Below, piece after piece: positions 15,716 through 20,000 of a stretch of DNA of 20,000 nucleotides. How positions within the stretch are numbered: position 1 is the first letter of the stretch; each line of letters starts with the position of its first letter. Below the pieces are notes generated by a model. That model had not been told where the DNA came from. It was given only the letters and a program-made list of their open reading frames with translations, and made no database searches. The DNA comes from an uncultured virus (IMG/VR IMGVR_UViG_3300018005_000013) (taxonomy: Duplodnaviria; Heunggongvirae; Uroviricota; Caudoviricetes), in IMG/VR virus record IMGVR_UViG_3300018005_000013, one strand, 5' to 3'. The translations under genes and the position numbers were made by a program.

Positions 15716-16463
15716 ATCGGCCTCCTCGGATGTGTCTCATGGCGCTGTCCTCGGCGGGCGAGGTGAGGTGCCATTGGTGGTAGACCGCGTAACCGGCTGG
15801 ACGAAGGTCACGGCGCACGCCGCCCTTGGGCATCCGGGCCTGTTCCTTGGCGAAGATGCCGGTCTCGTCCAGGCCAAACTGCGACTCGGGCGACAGGGGC
15901 GTCTTCCAGAACTCGAGCCAGCCCGCCCGCGTGTTGCTCGTGAACATGACCGTGTGCAACCAGCCGTGGGCACTCCGGTTCGGGTGTGGGCAGGCCCCGT
16001 GCCATGCTTCCCAGCCGGGCAGCTTGGCGAACTGTTCAAAGTCCGTCCCTAGCCAATGGTTGCCCGGATCGTCCAGCGCATCCGTGGCCTGGCCGTCCAG
16101 CGCGTAGACGATGACAGTGGTTCGGTGATTGCCGTCCTGCTTAGCCAGGGACCACTCGATCCCATGGTACGGCACCAGGATGTCGTTCCAGGTAATGAAA
16201 ATCATATCGCCAGTGCACGCAGGCCAGGCCGCGTTGACGGCCAGGCTGCTGTTGCGCATCAGGCCGCCCCGGGGTCTGTGGGCGATGTACTTGATCTCCA
16301 CGCCTTCGAGCGGCTCCGGCCCTATTGCCCTCGCCCAGGCATTGCCGCCGTCATCGGCAATGATAATCTCGTCGGGCATGCGCGACTGGCAGAGAAGTGT
16401 GCGCAGGGCGCGGCGGGCCGACACAGCCCGGTAGCGCCCGCCCAGGATGACGCTGACCCTCAT
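15708..16463 (-). CDS. Glycosyltransferase, GT-A fold / family 2-like (251 aa)
   Basis: MRVSVIL...ALRTLLCQSRMPDEIIIADDGG...AVNAAW..CTGDMIFI, FGLDE, VYHQWH; ATG 16463 overlaps the upstream TGA. Confidence 0.85.
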   Translation of the reverse strand: MRVSVILGGRYRAVSARRALRTLLCQSRMPDEIIIADDGGNAWARAIGPEPLEGVEIKYIAHRPRGGLMRNSSLAVNAAWPACTGDMIFITWNDILVPYHGIEWSLAKQDGNHRTTVIVYALDGQATDALDDPGNHWLGTDFEQFAKLPGWEAWHGACPHPNRSAHGWLHTVMFTSNTRAGWLEFWKTPLSPESQFGLDETGIFAKEQARMPKGGVRRDLRPAGYAVYHQWHLTSPAEDSAMRHIRGGRYA

Positions 16464-17350
16464 CCGCCCACTTGGCCAAGCATGGCGGCGGCGTCTGCGG
16501 CATCCTCGGGGTAGAGGCATGTCTTGCCCTTGTTCTCGCCGGTCAGTACGATGACGCGGTCAAACCCGCCGGGTGCGCCCGGATCACGGACAATAGCCTC
16601 TTTCGGCTGCCCGAGCAGGTCCCGGGGCGGCCCGATCATGTCGGACACGCCGACGCGGACCGTCGGCGGCGCAGCGTCCGGTCCGGGGACGTGCTTGCGT
16701 GGAGCGGAGGGCTGAGCCGTAACGGCCCCTTGCTTGACCGAGTCCTCGAGGTCCTTGACCATGCCTTTCAGGGCCGTGGCGATGGCGGGGTGCATCCCCG
16801 GCTTTTGCGCCTTGGCCTCCGCGTAGCCTCGGGCAGTCCCGGCGCTGGCGTCCACGACGCCGCCGTTCACAATGGGACTGCAGCGCAGCCATTCGCGGGC
16901 GTACTTTTCGGCCAGGCCAATTTGCGTGCGCGACGCGGCAATCCTGCGCATGCCCTCCATCGCCTTCTCGCCCTCAGCCTTCGCTTCCGCCTCGGGTAAG
17001 TCCTGGCCGTCGTGGTTCCGGTGCAAGACGCGCCGGATGATGCTCTCCACGTCCTCTTGGTCCATCCGCTGGCGGGCCATGCGCTCCATGTGGTACTGGT
17101 GGTACAGGAGCACGAACTTGCCCACGCCCTCATTCGTCACCCAGGCGCGCCGCATCTTCGGCTGCTCCTCGTGCAGGAGTTGCTTCGTGTAGGCGTCTAT
17201 CTGGGCGTGGCCTTTGAAAATCGCTACGGCGATCCCGAGCAGCACCTCGGGGGTGTCGAGGTCGCTGCAAATCGCCACGCCGGTGAAGCCGTGCCCGATC
17301 CGAGCGACCGTCCTCCGCCCACTTTGGAGCAGGCGGTAGGTGATGTCCAT
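16460..17350 (-). CDS. Hypothetical protein (296 aa)
   Basis: ATG 17350 after AGGGAGGAG; between gmd and the glycosyltransferase; no motif recognised. Confidence 0.8.
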   Translation of the reverse strand: MDITYRLLQSGRRTVARIGHGFTGVAICSDLDTPEVLLGIAVAIFKGHAQIDAYTKQLLHEEQPKMRRAWVTNEGVGKFVLLYHQYHMERMARQRMDQEDVESIIRRVLHRNHDGQDLPEAEAKAEGEKAMEGMRRIAASRTQIGLAEKYAREWLRCSPIVNGGVVDASAGTARGYAEAKAQKPGMHPAIATALKGMVKDLEDSVKQGAVTAQPSAPRKHVPGPDAAPPTVRVGVSDMIGPPRDLLGQPKEAIVRDPGAPGGFDRVIVLTGENKGKTCLYPEDAADAAAMLGQVGG

Positions 17351-17367
17351 GGCTCCTCCCTGTCCAT

Positions 17368-18618
17368 TCAATTGCCGAGCGGCGGCAGATGCTTGGGATC
17401 GACCAGTTCCACTCGGAGCGGCTCAGGCTGTTGGAGCGCCGCTTGCTCCATTTCCGCCTTGACCATGATTTCGGTCAGCCATTTCATGCCCACGACCGGC
17501 TTCCAGTTCAGGACCGCCTCGGCCTTGCTTGCGTCGGCGCGGAGAACCGGCACGTCGGCCCAGCGCATCAACGTCCCGTCGCTCTCCACATACTGCCAAC
17601 TTTGGTCCAGCCCGGCGGCGTCCATGCAGGCCAGCAGGAAGTCCCGGACGGTGTGGGACTCGCCGGTTCCGACCACGTAGTCGCCAGGAAGGTTCTGTTG
17701 CAGGATGCGCCACATCACGTCCGTGTACTCGGGCGCATATCCCCAGTCGCGCGCGGCCGACAGGTCGCCCAGGATGATCTTCTTCTGGAGCCCGAGCTTC
17801 ACCCGCACCACGCCTCGGGCAATCTTGCGCGTGACGAACTCGAGGCCGCGCCGCGGGCTCTCGTGATTGAATAAAATGCCGGTCGCCACATACATGCCGT
17901 AGCTCTCGCGGTACACGCGGGCCAGCGCGTGGGCCGCCAGCTTGGCTGCGCCGTAGGGGCTGCGCGGGCGCATTGGGCTGTTCTCGCTCATGCCGCCCGT
18001 GTCCTTTACCTGCTGGGGCCAATCGCCCGGCCCCGGCTTCGGCATCTCCCCAAACATCTCGGACGTGGAGGCTTGATAAATGCGGATGTCGGGGCACGGG
18101 ACCACGGTGCCGCGACCGTTGGCCGCCGTTGCAACCCAGCGCCGCTCCACGAACGGGCGGACCGCCTCGAGCACGTTCAGGAATCCCAGGGCGTTCGTCT
18201 CAAATGTCGCCCGGGCCTGCGCCCAGCTTGCGCCTACATACGACTGCGCCGCAAGGTTGTAGATTTCGTGGGGCATCGTCGCGCATACCGCCCCGCTCAC
18301 ACTGCCCGGGTCCGTCACGTCGCCCGCCAGCAGGGTCAGCCGCGGATCGTTGATAATTCCACGCAGGTTCTCGAAGTTCAGATGCGAGGTGCGGCGCACG
18401 AGGCCATAGACCCGGTAGTTGCGGGTAATAAGTTGCTCCGCCAGATAGGACCCGTCCTGGCCGGTGATCCCGGTAATGAGAGCGCGCCGCTCCGAATAGG
18501 ACGGCGGCTCGCCGTAGGGCTGGGGCTGGGGCTTGGGCTCCTGGGCCAAGGCCTCTACAATCGACTTGTCCAGCAACGCCGCGCCTGCCAGGTTGACAGC
18601 GTTCAGTGAAGTCAGCAT
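17368..18618 (-). CDS. gmd: GDP-mannose 4,6-dehydratase (416 aa)
   Basis: ALITGITGQDGSYLAE, EIYNLAAQS, YQASTSEMFG, PRSPYGAAK (YxxxK), GILFNHESPRRG.EFVTRKI, RDWGYA; ATG 18618 after AGAGGGAG. Confidence 0.95.
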   Translation of the reverse strand: MLTSLNAVNLAGAALLDKSIVEALAQEPKPQPQPYGEPPSYSERRALITGITGQDGSYLAEQLITRNYRVYGLVRRTSHLNFENLRGIINDPRLTLLAGDVTDPGSVSGAVCATMPHEIYNLAAQSYVGASWAQARATFETNALGFLNVLEAVRPFVERRWVATAANGRGTVVPCPDIRIYQASTSEMFGEMPKPGPGDWPQQVKDTGGMSENSPMRPRSPYGAAKLAAHALARVYRESYGMYVATGILFNHESPRRGLEFVTRKIARGVVRVKLGLQKKIILGDLSAARDWGYAPEYTDVMWRILQQNLPGDYVVGTGESHTVRDFLLACMDAAGLDQSWQYVESDGTLMRWADVPVLRADASKAEAVLNWKPVVGMKWLTEIMVKAEMEQAALQQPEPLRVELVDPKHLPPLGN

Positions 18619-18678
18619 ATTGGCTCCCTCTTGCCCCGCGCTTGCCGTGGCGGCCCGTAGCGCCCCGAGCATGGCCAA

Positions 18679-18687
18679 ATTGTACCA
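18679..18687 (-). promoter_or_regulatory. Extended -10 element (TGGTACAAT) for the leftward gmd operon
   Basis: TGn+TACAAT about 60 nt upstream of the gmd ATG. Confidence 0.6.
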
Positions 18688-18727
18688 CAGACGGCAGGCC
18701 CACATCCTCGCCCCGCCTGGCCCCGGC

Positions 18728-18766
18728 CTAGCCCCGGCAAAAGGGTACCGAGTGAGCCGGGGCTAG
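18728..18766. repeat. 11-bp perfect inverted repeat CTAGCCCCGGC-N17-GCCGGGGCTAG
   Basis: Arms at 18728-18738 and 18756-18766, between the divergent promoters. Confidence 0.75.
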
Positions 18767-18816
18767 CCAACCGGGCCAGAATCGCCATACAGGGGACCGG
18801 CCCGGCATTTACCCCC

Positions 18817-18844
18817 TTGACAAGTATTCCGTAAGTGGTATAGT
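18817..18844 (+). promoter_or_regulatory. Strong sigma70-type promoter TTGACA-N16-TATAGT with extended -10
   Basis: Perfect -35 at 18817-18822, TGGTATAGT at 18836-18844, followed by AGGAGG and ATG 18891. Confidence 0.8.
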
Positions 18845-18890
18845 TACGGCAGTTGAACCAATCGCCAAAAGGCGTCCAATAGGAGGTACC

Positions 18891-19394
18891 ATGGGCATCC
18901 AACTTCTTCACCCTCACGACCCAGACACCACCTGCAAACACAAGGGCCACTTCACCTGCGGCTGCGGCCAGGAAATCATCGGCTCGAGGTACGTGGTTGC
19001 CGAGCATCTCCGCCACTGCAACGGCGGCGACTTCCATTCAGCAGGCCCCGACCGCCTTGATAATCCGCTCGTCTGCACCTGCGGGTTCAAGGCTTTCGGC
19101 GGCCCCGGATCGCTTGCCGCGCACCGCGCTGCCTGCCATGACAGCGACGAGGAGCGGCCCGGCCATCTGGACGGCATCGAGGCCCAGCGCGACGCGCTCA
19201 GCGGGCTCGAGTTGGAGGGCGGCAACTTCCACGGCGTCCCGACCCCCAGCTCCGTGCCTGAGGATGTTCGCTTCGGCGAGTTCGGCTGCGGCAACTGCCT
19301 CTACGCTTCGGTCGAGTGCTGGCACGGGTCCAAGTATGGCCCCGCCTCCGCGCAGGGCCAGCCGTCCTGCAAGTCCTACGTCTACTTCGATTGA
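18891..19394 (+). CDS. Multi-Zn-finger-like hypothetical protein (167 aa)
   Basis: SD AGGAGG; two CxCG-x(10-11)-AxHxxxC units plus C-terminal CGNC...C...C. Confidence 0.8.
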   Translation: MGIQLLHPHDPDTTCKHKGHFTCGCGQEIIGSRYVVAEHLRHCNGGDFHSAGPDRLDNPLVCTCGFKAFGGPGSLAAHRAACHDSDEERPGHLDGIEAQRDALSGLELEGGNFHGVPTPSSVPEDVRFGEFGCGNCLYASVECWHGSKYGPASAQGQPSCKSYVYFD

Positions 19395-19403
19395 GAGGCC
19401 GCC

Positions 19404-19697
19404 ATGAAGCCCTTGACCCACAAAGCGGTAGTCAGCAAGCTCGCGGCGGCGGGCCTGAAGGTCTGCCAATCCGAGCAAGAGTGCCACGGCTACAACGGCG
19501 GCCATTGGACCATCCGCCACTTCTGGGCGGACACCCCAACCGACCGAATCGAGTGGTCTGTTACGGATGATAAACCGACCCTCGACAACGCGCTCTACGT
19601 CATTGGCCACGGCCAGGAAGACGATCTGATGACCGACTACTTCGCAGGCACCTTCTGCCACAGCATCAAGCTCGCGCTATACCTCGCCACCCACTAG
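19404..19697 (+). CDS. Hypothetical phage protein (97 aa)
   Basis: SD GAGAGG; C-terminal DDLMTDYFAG. Confidence 0.8.
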   Translation: MKPLTHKAVVSKLAAAGLKVCQSEQECHGYNGGHWTIRHFWADTPTDRIEWSVTDDKPTLDNALYVIGHGQEDDLMTDYFAGTFCHSIKLALYLATH

Positions 19698-19707
19698 GAG
19701 ATAGGCC

Positions 19708-20000
19708 ATGACACGCGGTCGGGCTTGGTCTGATTACAAGGTCACAAAAGTCGTGCGGCGCTACTATGCCGGTGCTGTGCCCGAAGGTGCTCCGCACGGA
19801 AATTACGATGTGCTCGCGTGCGGGCACGTGCACTTCCGCTGGTCTGGAGCGCCCCTCCGCGTCCCGCCCGTGCGCCGCTGCTATGCTTGCTGCGCAGCGC
19901 CGAACAGCGAGACATCGGTTTGGGACCCGAAGAAGCAGAAGACAGTCAGCCGTGCCGGAACCTGGGTCTGGGCCTGGGACGAGGAGGCGGGCATGCCCGC
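19708..20000 (+). CDS. Hypothetical Zn-binding protein (3' end runs off the window)
   Basis: Manually translated: ATG 19708 after AGGAG; MTRGRAWSDY...LACGH...RRCYAC...; open to window edge. Confidence 0.7.
   Translation, partial: MTRGRAWSDYKVTKVVRRYYAGAVPEGAPHGNYDVLACGHVHFRWSGAPLRVPPVRRCYACCAAPNSETSVWDPKKQKTVSRAGTWVWAWDEEAGMP

Noticed and set aside
1..20000. Stop-codon reassignment as an explanation for the many short genes
   Set aside because: TGA, TAG and TAA stops coincide with the next gene's SD and start (ATGA/GTGA/TGATG overlaps), and long known enzymes are uninterrupted under the standard code
1..20000. CRISPR array, tRNA, integrase/att site, IS element, or diversity-generating retroelement
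   Set aside because: No regularly spaced repeats, cloverleaf, recombinase/transposase or reverse transcriptase motifs, or long near-duplicate repeats were seen by eye

Overview
GC-rich (roughly two-thirds G+C by eye) segment that reads as the accessory/early-middle region of a bacteriophage or prophage. About 40 short, tightly packed, mostly translationally coupled genes run on the minus strand (1-18618). A divergent promoter region (18619-18890) follows, then three plus-strand genes. Recognisable products: GDP-mannose 4,6-dehydratase (gmd), a GT-A/GT2-type glycosyltransferase, a beta-class amino DNA methyltransferase, a TYW3-like protein, an MmcB-like PD-(D/E)XK nuclease, an ASCH protein, a nucleoside 2-deoxyribosyltransferase-like protein, a MazG-like protein, and many small Cys-rich or membrane proteins. 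I saw no structural genes, integrase, tRNA or CRISPR array. Main signals the gene list does not explain: (1) the AT-rich heptamer TGANAAT (Fur half-site-like) occurs 25 times by manual count, all on the + strand, with none found on the - strand, and persists across reading frames and gene orientation; (2) a promoter-proximal structured leader RNA with an anti-Shine-Dalgarno loop at about 11076-11210; (3) a phage gmd + glycosyltransferase operon; (4) strong CTCGAG enrichment. Family calls come from motif recognition only, with no database searches, and all counts are manual.
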